Origin: Octopus bimaculoides
Taxonomy: Eukaryota
Assembly: GCF_001194135.2 (NCBI RefSeq)
Contig: NC_068989.1
Location: 24,672,182 to 24,736,181, forward strand
Reading direction: 5' to 3'
Length of the DNA: 64,000 bases
The translations under genes were made by a program, and so were the position numbers. The notes under the pieces are model-generated. The model was not told the origin of the DNA and searched no databases. It saw only the letters and a program-made list of their open reading frames with translations. Positions 51,804-64,000 of the stretch are shown here, piece by piece. Position 1 is the stretch's first letter; the number at the start of each line of letters is the position of its first letter.

Positions 51804-53065
51804 GGTCTTAAGACTGAAAACGATAGTAGTGAGATATATGCGAGAGGAAAAGGGAATGTTTAGAACGAAAGACGAACCAAACAGAGAAATATACAAGTGT
51901 TCATACAATACGACGAAAAGTTTAAGCTGCGAAAAATACAAAATGAAACGAAAAATATATAAAAAGAAATTTCTCTTTTGTCTTGTTCTGTACCTAGTGA
52001 CAGAATCTTCCTTGTCATTTCCACTACAGAAATACTGTAAACTTGTGAATGACCGGTCAGTAAGACAGAACAAATGATAATAATGTTACCCAGGTGTGAA
52101 ATATAATAAACGGGTTGAGAAGACAACAAAAAGAGTAACGACGCTTCGCTATTATTTGCTTTTAGAGCATCCTTCATTCATATAAAATATATTATTTTAT
52201 CTATAGAATGAATGAATGGCTTTGCCACGAGGTAGCGCACTAATAGCCATTGGATCGGCAGTTCGTATCCTATCATCAGTACTGCGAGTGTTCTTAGTCT
52301 ACAGCATTTGACTCTCGACTTAGCTGTCTCTAAGTATACACACACGAGGTAGCGTACACACAGACACAGACACACACACAGACAGACACACACACACATG
52401 GCTCAATCCGACAAGAGAGGGCAGCTTCATGATCCATTTCAAGGCATCCGGGAGGAAGGAAATTAATCTTGGACAAGAAGTTTGTTCTGAAAGCTTACAC
52501 CAGAAAGGACTCCATTAAAAACGTCCATGGCTTGGTGGTAGAGGGAAAGAAAGCGACAGATTTAGTTTACCACATAACAACGGGGTCGGTGGCACTGAAA
52601 AGGTTCTCACACAATTTCCATGTACCAAATACCAATCACAAATCTTTGATCAACTGAAAACTGTTTTGGGAAATATCTACTCTTTGATGCCGCGCAATCG
52701 GATGGAAAAAAGATCCACGTGACTGCGAAGTAAAAATTTTTTATTACATAGTAGTGTATTTCTATAAAGATACTTATTTCAATGCATTGTTCTCTCAACG
52801 GAAGCGATTAAAAGGTTGTTAAGATGTCATGTAGTGAAGGTCATATCTTATTTTTTACCGGTGTTAGTTACTGGAATACAACCACATCAAGATATGATTT
52901 TCAGGGACTTCAGTAGATCATGCAAACTTACAACCAATTCAGATTGATACTTATATTACTGACTTCTAAGGGAAACAACAATAAACAAAGAATGTTTTTA
53001 TTTTGTTTGTTGAATGATATAAAAATTAGGGTGATGCTACATCTTTTATCGATATCTATTAACAG

Positions 53066-53188
53066 ACTCCAGATGGTATTTATTGTCCAAATCGTAAGAT
53101 AACAAAAGAGTTACCAAGTATAAGTCTTACAATGTCGTTTTACACAGAAATTGTCACAAGGAGTTTTCCAGTCGTTGCAACAATAAAG
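53066..53188 (+). CDS. Coding exon D (TPDGIYCPNRKITKELPSISLTMSFYTEIVTRSFPVVATIK): end of repeat 1 and start of repeat 2
   Basis: Acceptor tctattaacAG and donor GTAAGT at 53189. 123 nt, phase 0-0. Completes F-E-T-P-x-G-x-x-C. Too short for the ORF track. Confidence 0.88.
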
Positions 53189-53513
53189 GTAAGTTTGCTA
53201 TTCTTATTCCTCACCATATATATATACATATATATAAGGACATAATTTTATTCTCAAATGCAAGGTGAGGCTAATAATATAGAATGAACAGGATAAACTA
53301 TCCATATTTTGCAGAAAAATCTGTCAGCGGCCAGCCATGAAACTCGAACTCACATCCCTGTGATTGCATGTCAAGTGCTTTAAACGACAAATTCTTCTGC
53401 AAATTTAGGATATATAAATCTAGCTTTATAACACGCTATCGTACGTTAAATTCAGCTTACGTTGAAAGTCAACAAAGATTGCTTTAGAAGCATTGAGATG
53501 TATCTTTCAATAC

Positions 53514-53552
<39 letters not shown>

Positions 53553-53554
53553 CT

Positions 53555-53735
53555 TTCTTTTCTTTTATTGGTTTCAGTCATTTAACTGCGGTCATGCTGG
53601 AGCACGGCCTTTAGTCGAACAAATCGACCCTAGGACTTATGCTTTTTAAGCCTAGTACTTATTATATCGGTCTATTTTGCCGAACCGCTAAGTTACGGGG
53701 ACGTAAACACACCAGCATCGGTTGTCAAGCGATGG
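53555..53735 (-). mobile_element. SINE-B 3' half
   Basis: ttggtttcagtcatttaactgcggtcatgctggagcacggcctttagtcga...acaccagcatcggttgtcaagcgatgg. Confidence 0.85.
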
Positions 53736-54054
53736 TGTTTTTTATTGATGAACAAAAGTGATACATCATGAAAAAAAAAAGCAAAACAAAAAACAAAGAA
53801 AAAAAACAACAACCGCTTCCATCAGGTGAATACAGGTAAGAATTAACAGTTAGAACTTCTCGCAAAGTAGAACATAATGCCAGATGACTCAATCCGCCTG
53901 ATTTCGAGAGGTTGAAATCAGATCAGTCGAGTTATCTGGTATTATGTTTTGTTTTGTGAGAAGTTCTAATTGCTAATTCTTACCTGTATTTACCTGATGA
54001 AAACGTTGTTTTTTATGCATGATGTAACATAACACAAGCCATTGGTTTTATGAT

Positions 54055-54230
54055 AGGTGCAGCCGTAGCTGTGCGGTAAGAAGTTTGCTTTCCAGCCACA
54101 TGGTTCGGGGTTTAGGAGTTTAGTCCCACTGCGAGGCACCTTGGGCAAGTGTCTTCTACTATAGCCTCGGGCCGACCAAAGCCTTATGAGTAGATTTGGT
54201 AGACGGAAACTGAAAGAAGCCTGTTGTATA
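54055..54230 (+). mobile_element. SINE-B 5' half
   Basis: gtagctgtgcggtaagaagtttgc...gcaccttgggcaagtgtcttctactatagcctcgggccgaccaaagcc...gaaactgaaagaagcc. Confidence 0.85.
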
Positions 54231-55033
54231 TATATATATATATATATATACATTCTTTTACTATTTTTCTTGTTTCAGTCATTTTGACTATGGCCATGCT
54301 GGAGCNNNNNNNNNNNNNNNNNNNNNNNNNNNNNNNNNNNNNNNNNNNNNNNNNNNNNNNNNNNNNNNNNNNNNNNNNNNNNNNNNNNNNNNNNNNNNNN
54401 NNNNNNNNNNNNNNNNNNNNNNNNNNNNNNNNNNNNNNNNNNNNNNNNNNNNNNNNNNNNNNNNNNNNNNNNNNNNNNNNNNNNNNNNNNNNNNNNNNNN
54501 NNNNNNNNNNNNNNNNNNNNNNNNNNNNNNNNNNNNNNNNNNNNNNNNNNNNNNNNNNNNNNNNNNNNNNNNNNNNNNNNNNNNNNNNNNNNNNNNNNNN
54601 NNNNNNNNNNNNNNNNNNNNNNNNNNNNNNNNNNNNNNNNNNNNNNNNNNNNNNNNNNNNNNNNNNNNNNNNNNNNNNNNNNNNNNNNNNNNNNNNNNNN
54701 NNNNNNNNNNNNNNNNNNNNNNNNNNNNNNNNNNNNNNNNNNNNNNNNNNNNNNNNNNNNNNNNNNNNNNNNNNNNNNNNNNNNNNNNNNNNNNNNNNNN
54801 NNNNNNNNNNNNNNNNNNNNNNNNNNNNNNNNNNNNNNNNNNNNNNNNNNNNNNNNNNNNNNNNNNNNNNNNNNNNTGACTTGTTTTCCATTTGTTTTTT
54901 TCGTTGTTCGCAAAAAAAGTTCGTATTCCATGTTTTCGTATTTCATGTTGTCTACGTTCTGTGGTGACATGTGCCCATATATGCATGTGTATATACATAT
55001 ATATGTAAGTATGTGCATATATGTATGTATATA

Positions 55034-55071
<38 letters not shown>

Positions 55072-55509
55072 ACTGTTACGGAATGGAGGAGATAAGATCC
55101 GGACTACATATGTTTCATAGAGAGCCGTACTTCAGAAGAGGTAAATATCCAAGCGAGGAGTATACCGTAGGCTACTGTTCAGGCCAAGGATATCTTGGTT
55201 AAATGAAAGTTTGCATTGTAATGCATTGCATATCAATAATTTTGATCTGCAGTTGCTATTAAGTGCTTTATGATTGGTTATGTACATAGTTTCCAATTTA
55301 CATCCAGTATTTTTATATTTTGTGATAATCTAGAATCGAAATGTGATAGTGTAGTTATGAAAATTGAAAACATACACATTAAACAAGATGAATAACCGGA
55401 AAATTTAAATCATATATGACCGAAATGTATTTTTACTAGCTGAACTGCATGATTGAATTTCACTTTTACAATGCACATTGCAACGTGTCCTGACCCTTTT
55501 TTCCTATAG

Positions 55510-55618
55510 GAAGAATATGATCATCTGGCCTTACTGAGTAAGTTCACCTACACATCTTTGCCTCTCTACCAGAAATTCTTTGAGAACGAAGTTGTCGAAA
55601 TTCACGACTTCTCAACAG
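55510..55618 (+). CDS. Coding exon E (EEYDHLALLSKFTYTSLPLYQKFFENEVVEIHDFST)
   Basis: Acceptor ccttttttcctatAG and donor GTAACA at 55619. 109 nt, phase 0-1. EEYD mirrors EYYD of repeat 1. Confidence 0.85.
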
Positions 55619-56486
55619 GTAACAGTTTTAGAAGTTTCTTTGCTACCTTTGTGTTTATTGCTGAGGTTAATTTTGTGAAATTGTGAATGAGGAAATGAGA
55701 GGGAGAGAGAGAGGGAAAGAGAGGGAGGGAAGGAGAGGGAGGGAAGGAGAGGGGGGGAAGGAGGGAGGGAGAGAGCGAAGGAGATAGAAAGATGGCTTAT
55801 TTACATGTGATTAGCATTCACATCGACCCCAGTGCGTAACTGGTACTTATTTAATCGACCCCGAAAGGATTAAAGACAAAGTNNNNNNNNNNNNNNNNNN
55901 NNNNNNNNNNNNNNNNNNNNNNNNNNNNNNNNNNNNNNNNNNNNNNNNNNNNNNNNNNNNNNNNNNNNNNNNNNNNNNNNNNNNNNNNNNNNNNNNNNNN
56001 NNNNNNNNNNNNNNNNNNNNNNNNNNNNNNNNNNNNNNNNNNNNNNNNNNNNNNNNNNNNNNNNNNNNNNNNNNNNNNNNNNNNNNNNNNNNNNNNNNNN
56101 NNNNNNNNNNNNNNNNNNNNNNNNNNNNNNNNNNNNNNNNNNNNNNNNNNNNNNNNNNNNNNNNNNNNNNNNNNNNNNNNNNNNNNNNNNNNNNNNNNNN
56201 NNNNNNNNNNNNNNNNNNNNNNNNNNNNNNNNNNNNNNNNNNNNNNNNNNNNNNNNNNNNNNNNNNNNNNNNNNNNNNNNNNNNNNNNNNNNNNNNNNNN
56301 NNNNNNNNNNNNNNNNNNNNNNNNNNNNNNNNNNNNNNNNNNNNNNNNNNNNNNNNNNNNNNNNNNNNNNNNNNNNNNNNNNNNNNNNNNNNNNNNNNNN
56401 NNNNNNNNNNNNNNNNNNNNNNNNNNNNNNNNNNNNNNNNNNNNNNNNNNNNNNNNNNNNNNNNNNNNNNNNNNNNNNNNNNNNNN

Positions 56487-56523
<37 letters not shown>

Positions 56524-56982
56524 ATATGAATAATAAGGATTACTACGAAGTTGCATAGCATTACCTTTAATTCTTTAATCCATATACCTTAAGTGTATAT
56601 ATGTATATATGTAATGTATGTATTCACTTTTGACGAGTCAATGAGCAAGTTGGTCTATGTAAGGCCGTATATGAATTAAAGAATTAAAGATAATGCTGTG
56701 CAACTTTGTAGTAATCCTTAATATTAATATTGTTAATATTTATACTCAAGGAAACCTGTATGGTTAAGGAAATATATTCTGAGTTACCCAACAGAATATT
56801 CCTCTAATTTCTTATCTTATAAGAACTTTATTAGATTTACACGTTAACCGTTGAATAACATATTTTGAATACCTGAGAGCAAACCGGTAATCGGTTTGGG
56901 GTAATCCTTTATTATTCACACACACACACGCGCGCGCGCATGTACACACACATACATATATACACGCGGCTATGAGTGATAG

Positions 56983-57046
<64 letters not shown>

Positions 57047-57468
57047 GTGAAACTGAAAGTAAGTTCCTGAGATCACATCTAACTCCAGCAATCTGTTACT
57101 CTGGCGTGTGCTGCTGCTCCGCAATAAATTATGCAGACGCTCTGTTTGGGAGGATCAAGCGATGGGAAAAAGTTGAAACAGCGTTAAACAAACGCTATTC
57201 CCGATTATTGATTACTAGAAACTCACCAACACACACAGCCTGCACCTTCTCGCATACATTGCTCCACTCTACTGGTATAAGACGGGAGGTTGTCTGCGGA
57301 GTTGAAATGACTAATACTGTTAATGATGAATATCACTTCTTCCATGCACTGTAATCAAGGCCTCAACGAATGAAAGGAAAGCAGAATAGTAATATTAAAT
57401 GATAACAAACCAAAATTTGGTTGTATGATGAAACCACAATAAAATAAAACTACTGAACTAAGCTAATA

Positions 57469-58560
57469 CTAGCAGTACCCGTGGAAATTCCACGGTTATT
57501 TGGAAAACTTTACGATGAAATTGTATATTTTTGTGAAGGAATTAAATTTTTGCAATGATGTAAAAGTCCTCATGGCTAGTATTAAAGGTGCAATTTCAGG
57601 TAGCAACGTTTAAGAAAGCGATATTCTTATATCTACTTTCTGAGCTATCTATTTTTTAAAAATAAATTTTCGTGAAGAAGCAGTGTTGACCTTTATAATA
57701 TTTTCAGCTCTCTCATTCTCTTTAGTAATCTCTCTCTCTCTATTTTTGCCTGACTTCTCGACTATACAACGTCCCCTTCTTTACGCTAAACACGTTCTAT
57801 CACTTTCTCCCCACCTCCCTTTGGTCTATATTTTTGTGAAGGAATTGATCTTTGCAATGGTGTAAAAGTCCTCATAGGTAGTATTAAAGGTGCAATTTCA
57901 GGTAGCAACATTTCAAAAAGCGGTATTCTTATATCTACTCTCTGATTTAGCTATTTAAAAAAAAAATTCCGTTAAGAAACAGTATTGACATTTATAGCAT
58001 TTTCATTTCCCTCGTTCTCTTCAATAATCTCTCTCTCTCCCTCTCTCTTTCTGTCCCTCTCTCTTTCTGTCCCTCTCTCTTTCTGTCCCTCTCTCTTTCT
58101 GTCCCTCTCTCTTTCTGTCCCTCTCTCTTTCTGTCCCTCTCTCTTTNNNNNNNNNNCTTTCTGTCCCTCTCTCTTTCTGTCCCTCTCTCTTTCTGTCCCT
58201 CTCTCTTTCTGTCCCTCTCTCTTTCTCTCCCTCTCTCTCTTTCTCTCCCTCTCTCTCTTTCTCCCACTCTCTATATTTTTGCCTTTCCTCTCGACTACAC
58301 CACGTCCCCTTCTTTACACTAAACACGTTCTAGCTCTTTCTCTCCAACTCTCTTTTCAACAAACTATTTTACCACATAATAGCAATCCTTTTCTTCTAGC
58401 ACTTCTCTCTTTCTTTCCCGCTTTTCACTTCTCTCTTCAACTAATCACCTCACAGTGTCATGCATCTGACCTTAGCCTATTAATATTATATACTATTCAA
58501 CTTGTGACAATATATGTGTCTGAGTGTCACGCTTTTAACAACCTTAACTATATAACTAAA
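57469..58560 (-). mobile_element. Probable non-autonomous Helitron (3' end clear, 5' end not located)
   Basis: On -, hairpin ccgtggaa-t-ttccacgg then gtactgCTAG|T at 57469. Internal ~320-bp duplication (57510-57810 versus 57830-58340) and CT-rich minisatellite. Confidence 0.6.
58041..58260 (+). repeat. 16-bp minisatellite (CTCTCTCTTTCTGTCC)n
   Basis: Directly visible tandem unit with a 10-N gap. Confidence 0.9.
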
Positions 58561-59376
58561 CCGAAAACATAATCGAAATAGTCAATATAGTGAAACAATT
58601 TTTATGAAAATAACTGTATATATCAAAATTGTTAAGTATATAAACAAATTGGCTTCTTGTTTCTCTGGGATTAGTCAAATTGATGCAGACATCTCTGATG
58701 AGAACTCAATACGCTTCAATAATCGATTAAGGCTGTTCATTTTTTCAATCTACGGAGAAATAGCTAAATTTGCTGTTTCGATATTTACTACGTGGTCTAC
58801 ATATATCATACCTTGATATATATATCATACCAGAATGAATAATCCTGCAACGAACTGGCGTCCCGTCCACATGGGGAATTTATACGCCAGGAAACCAGGA
58901 AACCAGTCCTTATGAGTCGGCATGACTCAAGGAGATGACTAGTTTTTTGCACCTTGATACTGTGTGGACTGATATCCACGTTGACAGGTCCCTAATATTA
59001 AAAAAGAGTTCATACTTAATTATTAACTCCAATTCTCTATTATAGCTGAAATTGTCGATCATATAAACACATGGGCTACTTGTTTCTCTGGGATTCGTCA
59101 AATTGATGTAAACATCTCTGATGAAAATCTTACAAGATTCGAAAATTAATTAAGCTTGTTCATCAGTTTTTCAACATACGGAGAAATAGTTACAGGCTCC
59201 TAATATTAAATAAAAAGTTAACACGGAGAAATAGTTCAATTAATCCCTGTTTATATATCTACTACATAGGATTCATATATAAAAATGTGGAATTCCTAAT
59301 AATAATAATAATAATAATAATAATACCTGTTTATTTATCTACTACATAGGATTCATATATAAAAATGTGGAATTCC

Positions 59377-59433
<57 letters not shown>

Positions 59434-59436
59434 TAT

Positions 59437-59668
59437 TCAGACAAATACATAACAAAAACACCAGGACTTACAAATATATATAACATACAGAAAATTGCAC
59501 TACTGGACACTGCACACATCCTACGTAAAACACTTTCAATACAGTAACCATAAGAGCATCACAGCAAACCACAGCACATACCCAAGGCACACAGAGCTGC
59601 GCTCGGTAGTGAAGTGAAAGCACGTTATAAAAATAAAAATACTGAACAATAATAATAATAATAATAAT
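59437..59668 (+). mobile_element. R4/Dong 3'-end fragment embedded in (AAT)n
   Basis: DKYITKTPGLTNIYNIQKIALLDTAHILRKTLSIQ*, a short 3' UTR, an (AAT)n tail at 59648-59668 and (AAT)n upstream at 59378-59429. Confidence 0.85.
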
Positions 59669-59754
59669 GATAAGCGTCTTCTGAGTTATAACTGTCATAT
59701 CTGTTGCTCGTTTTTTTCTTTCTCTAAGTGTTTCCTTTGATATTTCTTATATAG

Positions 59755-59915
59755 GAGTTGCTTATGTAACGGACACAGTGACGGGAAAATGCAAAGTACG
59801 GCCAATACCACACTCAAATCTTGATTCAACAGAATTAAACCCCCACGAAGTCAGAATGGCAACTGCTCAACATTTTTTTGAATTTCCAAAAGATAAATAT
59901 TCATATGAAGGGATT
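59755..59915 (+). CDS. Coding exon F (GVAYVTDTVTGKCKVRPIPHSNLDSTELNPHEVRMATAQHFFEFPKDKYSYEGI)
   Basis: Acceptor tatttcttatatAG and donor GTAAGT at 59916. 161 nt, phase 1-0 (G+GA=Gly). C-x-V and Y-E-G parallel the C-T-V and Y-M-G of repeat 1. The next exon was not found in the window. Confidence 0.88.
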
Positions 59916-61315
59916 GTAAGTACGCTTATGTATAGAGTGAACAGCACGTATGTATATGTGTACGTATGGGTGCTTTTGCATGAAAATATTTTTGAATGTA
60001 CGTGTGTATGTATGCCTGTGTGTCTATGTATGTGTGCATATATGCATATATATATATGTACATATGTTTGTAAGTATATATCTATCTGTCTTTTGGGATT
60101 TAAGATTTCTGTCTTAGGGATTTATTTAAGATTTTTTTCTTTGCAGATTTCAAACCGGCTTCTAACGAAATATCTTAGCACTTTTGTTTATGTCCTCACA
60201 ACTGCGGGCGTTTATGGGTACCTGTTTTATTTGTGTATGCTTATGTGTATGCATCAGAACAAACATACATTCAGGTAGCTGGTGTACATGTTACATTAGT
60301 ACATAAATGTGAGCTTGATTTCTGTTTATGTGGCTGCTGCGTGTGCAGTCCATATGTATATATATGGCGGTGTGTATATCTTGATCAAGAATCGAGAATC
60401 ACCAAAGTGTTTTACAAATTTTCACTGTTCCTCTACTTCATTGTATTTGGAGAATGTGAATCAGATTACAATGTCCTTTTCTGAAGAACCCAAGTATTTC
60501 TAGGTTTCTATGCAAATATATTCTTACGTAGCCCAGTGCCAATATGATAATAAAAAAATAGAACACGCATGCTCTTCAGATTATTGATAAAAAATATGAC
60601 AGTATATGCTACAAAAACTGCAATACATATATACACACAAACACACAGACACACATACACAGTCAGACAGACAGACACAGTAATTAATGTATGCCTACTA
60701 ATAAGTGTTTTTCTCTGTCTTGTCGCCTAAAACGAAGCCTTAATATAGTATAAAGTTATATCCAAATACCCAAATATATACATATGTATATATATGCATA
60801 TATATAGATCGNNNNNNNNNNNNNNNNNNNNNNNNNNNNNNNNNNNNNNNNNNNNNNNNNNNNNNNNNNNNNNNNNNNNNNNNNNNNNNNNNNNNNNNNN
60901 NNNNNNNNNNNNNNNNNNNNNNNNNNNNNNNNNNNNNNNNNNNNNNNNNNNNNNNNNNNNNNNNNNNNNNNNNNNNNNNNNNNNNNNNNNNNNNNNNNNN
61001 NNNNNNNNNNNNNNNNNNNNNNNNNNNNNNNNNNNNNNNNNNNNNNNNNNNNNNNNNNNNNNNNNNNNNNNNNNNNNNNNNNNNNNNNNNNNNNNNNNNN
61101 NNNNNNNNNNNNNNNNNNNNNNNNNNNNNNNNNNNNNNNNNNNNNNNNNNNNNNNNNNNNNNNNNNNNNNNNNNNNNNNNNNNNNNNNNNNNNNNNNNNN
61201 NNNNNNNNNNNNNNNNNNNNNNNNNNNNNNNNNNNNNNNNNNNNNNNNNNNNNNNNNNNNNNNNNNNNNNNNNNNNNNNNNNNNNNNNNNNNNNNNNNNN
61301 NNNNNNNNNNNNNNN

Positions 61316-61524
61316 ACGAGCTGGCAGAAATGTTAGCACACCGGGCGAAATGTTTAGCGGTATTTCGTCTGTCTTTACGTTCTGAGTTCAAATTCCACTG
61401 AGGTTGACTTTGCCTTTCATCCTTTCGGGGTCGATAAATTAAGTACCAGTTGCGTAATGGGGTCGATCTAATCGACTGGCCCCCCTCCCCCAAAATTTCG
61501 GGCCTTATGCCTAGAGTAGAAAAC
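61316..61524 (+). mobile_element. SINE-A
   Basis: Consensus match directly after the gap. Confidence 0.85.
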
Positions 61525-61560
61525 AATACATTGTTTTATATATAATCATCCAAATTCGTT

Positions 61561-61618
<58 letters not shown>

Positions 61619-61687
61619 CAGGTATGTTGATGCAAACAAAAAAGTAGAACTCAGAATATGAGTATATGCATATTCTACTCGTACTGA

Positions 61688-61802
61688 GCAGAAGTAATAG
61701 AGTAACTCAAGGTCCGAGAGTTTTGTGCGTTGGCACTTATCAAACTTTGATTAGTGCCAACACACGAAGCTCTCGGATCTGAAGTCACTCTATTACGTCT
61801 GC
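61688..61802. repeat. 115-bp imperfect hairpin (MITE- or pre-miRNA-like)
   Basis: Arms gcagaagtaatagagtaac...ttggcacttatcaaa and tttgattagtgccaa...gtcactctattacgtctgc are about 85% complementary with a minimal loop. Confidence 0.85.
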
Positions 61803-62325
61803 TAAATATTAATATATATATATATATATATAGAGCCTCCAAATCAAAAAGAAACGCTTCGAGTCTACGTTCTTGTACATGAAAAATAGATGAGAAAAGA
61901 AAAAAGAAAATATGGGAAGAAAAAGAAAAAAAAAATTATGAAGGTTACCCTGATTACTATGCATAAAAGTTGGTTCGAAGCATGTGTGGCAAGAGAGACA
62001 AAAATGGCCTGGCGTATGTGTGTGTGAGCACAAGCACGAGTGTGTGTGTGTGTGTGTGTGTGTGAGTATGAAGCTAATTTGTGCGTGTGAACAAGCACTT
62101 GTCTGTTTGTATGTAGTCAATTTTTGCACGTGTACGTGCACGGGAGCATGTTTGTATGTGTGTGTGTGTTCCTGTTTATGTGTGTGTGCATGCGTAAGAG
62201 GCTATCAGATATATATATATACATATACATACATATGTGCGTTCTTTTATCGGTGTGAGTGTTCCCCCGCGTGTTTAAATATCTAAGTGAATGTATATAT
62301 GTTTGTGCATGTGTATGTATATATT

Positions 62326-62360
<35 letters not shown>

Positions 62361-62805
62361 GTATATCAGGATGCAAGCCTCTCTTATGTATTTGTGTGTG
62401 TATTCGTTTCTTTATATATGTGAATGCGATGTACATACTCGAGTCTAAACTTCTGGAGTACTTTCAAAGTTCTATTAGTAAGTAATAATGGCAATTTCCT
62501 AATTGGTGATGTCCTTTCTGATTTTGCGAAGACGAGATTCTCAAGACTGGAAGTAAGATAATTTGTTATATAACAGAATGTCTCATTAATGTAAATTTAT
62601 AGCCTGGTTGTAGTAGTTTAAGACAATTTAGTTTGCTATAGATATGTTTTCTTTTACGTTTGTATGAGTTTTTGTACGCATGTATGTATGCATATGCCTG
62701 TGTGTATGTATGTATGCATGTATGTATATATGTATGTATGTTTGTGCATTTATGTATGTATGTGAAATGCATGTGTATGCTGGGTACTGCCATGCATACA
62801 TACAT

Positions 62806-62893
<88 letters not shown>

Positions 62894-63121
62894 GGCGAGC
62901 TGGCAGAATCGTTAGCAAGCCGGGCGAAATGCTTAGCGGTATTTCGTCTGCCGCTACGTTCTGAGTTCAAATTCCGCCGAGGTCGACTTTGCCTTTCATC
63001 CTTTCGGGGTCGATTAAATAAGTACCAGTTACGCACTAGGGTCGATGTAATCGACTTAATCCGTTTGTCTGTCCTTGTTTGTCCCCTCTGTGTGTAGCCC
63101 CTTGTGGGTAGTAAAGAAATA
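62894..63121 (+). mobile_element. SINE-A, best-preserved copy
   Basis: ggcgagctggcagaatcgttagc (A-box-like), ctgagttcaaattcc (B-box-like), body to gtaaagaaata. Confidence 0.9.
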
Positions 63122-63169
63122 ACATACATACACACACGCACAGACGCGCGTGCGCGCCCACACATATCT

Positions 63170-63345
63170 GGCCGTGTGTTAAGAAGCACGTTTTCTAACC
63201 ACATGTTCCGGGTTCAGTCCCACTACGTGGCATCTTGAACATAAAGTCTCAACAGGAGTTGGTGTGTTTATGTCCCTGTAACTTAGCGTTTCGGCAAAAT
63301 GGACCAATAGAATAAGTACCAGTCTAATGAATGAAACAAAGAAAA
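63170..63345 (+). mobile_element. Degenerate, internally deleted SINE-B
   Basis: ggttcagtcccactacgtggc...gtaacttagcgtttcggcaaaa...tagaataagtac. Confidence 0.6.
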
Positions 63346-63569
63346 AAAAAGATATGTGTACATCAGGCACGTGCCGTGAGTAATTAATCAGGGTAGGCAG
63401 TTGGTGACATTTATGTAGTAAAACACGAAAAATAAGCGAAACACAGGTGCACGACTGAGTTGGAGGCATAGTTACTTCTGTCTTTATAGCGCGTAAAGTC
63501 AACGTTGTAGGAATGAATGTTCGCAGCACGTGTACTACAGCAGTACTATGCATAGTTTTAATATTGAGA

Positions 63570-63765
63570 TTGAAAGGCAAGGGTGAATTATGCCTACCTA
63601 ATCTACGAAAAAAAATTTTTGCATTTTATGCACAATAATCAGAGTAACCTTCATAATTTTATTGGATTAGGTGCATATTTTGCCATAAAAGGAAAATATT
63701 ACTATCGATCTCTTTTATTCAGGGTAGGCACTGCCTACCTTGCCTACCCAGGCGGCTCGTCCCTG
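63570..63765. mobile_element. Possible hAT-like MITE right end
   Basis: Ends gcctaccttgcctacccaggcggctcgtccctg with repeated gcctacc/ggtaggc subterminal motifs. Left end uncertain. Confidence 0.4.
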
Positions 63766-64000
63766 GTGTTCATATATATATATATATATATATTTGTATC
63801 ATTATATTTGTCGATAAAAGTTTGAATACATTTCGTGTATATGCGTTAAGTGCGTTTTAGAATTATTAGAAAAAACCTGTTTCAGAAATCTTCCCAACAC
63901 TAGTCTCTAAATATGTCTTTACTTTAGATATTTTCATTTTTAAGCAGCAGGTCAGCCGTGGTTGAACAGATGTTTAATCAAAATTATTCAAACGAAGACA

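Noticed and set aside
52430-52740. GC-richer stretch with short ORFs (52469..52657)
   Set aside because: No recognisable motif or splice sites. It is possibly an old element fragment but cannot be assigned.
59916-60278. ORF 59778..60278 reading through the exon F donor
   Set aside because: The read-through part is low-complexity intron (TA/TG repeats) after a perfect GTAAGT donor. A possible acceptor at 60146 gives no expected RGI-x-C-x-x-W continuation.

Overview
Eukaryotic, AT-rich, microsatellite-dense sequence from a gapped short-read assembly. The repeat families look like those of a coleoid cephalopod, most likely Octopus (inferred from recognition of the repeats, not from a search). 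Almost all ORFs in the supplied track are microsatellite or N-gap artefacts. One real host gene can be read on the + strand. It has six coding exons (24653-24850, 38238-38465, 45183-45334, 53066-53188, 55510-55618, 59755-59915) with canonical AG/GT sites and matching phases (1-1, 1-1, 1-0, 0-0, 0-1, 1-0). They splice into a stop-free ~323 aa stretch with one complete and one partial ependymin-related / LolA-fold-like repeat. The signal-peptide exon(s) and the 3' end were not found. The introns and flanks hold many decayed mobile elements: several tRNA-derived SINE families, an (AAT)n-associated short retroposon array, R4/Dong, Tx1/L1, RTE, CR1/L2-like and HERO/NeSL-like LINE remnants, three Penelope-like GIY-YIG remnants, a Ty3/Gypsy LTR element, mariner and hAT elements, and non-autonomous Helitrons. 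Three structures stand out. (i) A SINE-carrying Helitron is present twice in inverted orientation, bracketing two in-frame-skippable exons. (ii) Two long fold-back palindromes carry mirror-image hammerhead-like motifs. (iii) R4/Dong remnants and a non-coding partner element sit in (AAT)n tracts. No rRNA, tRNA genes or CRISPR arrays were seen. Repeat boundaries are read by eye and are approximate.
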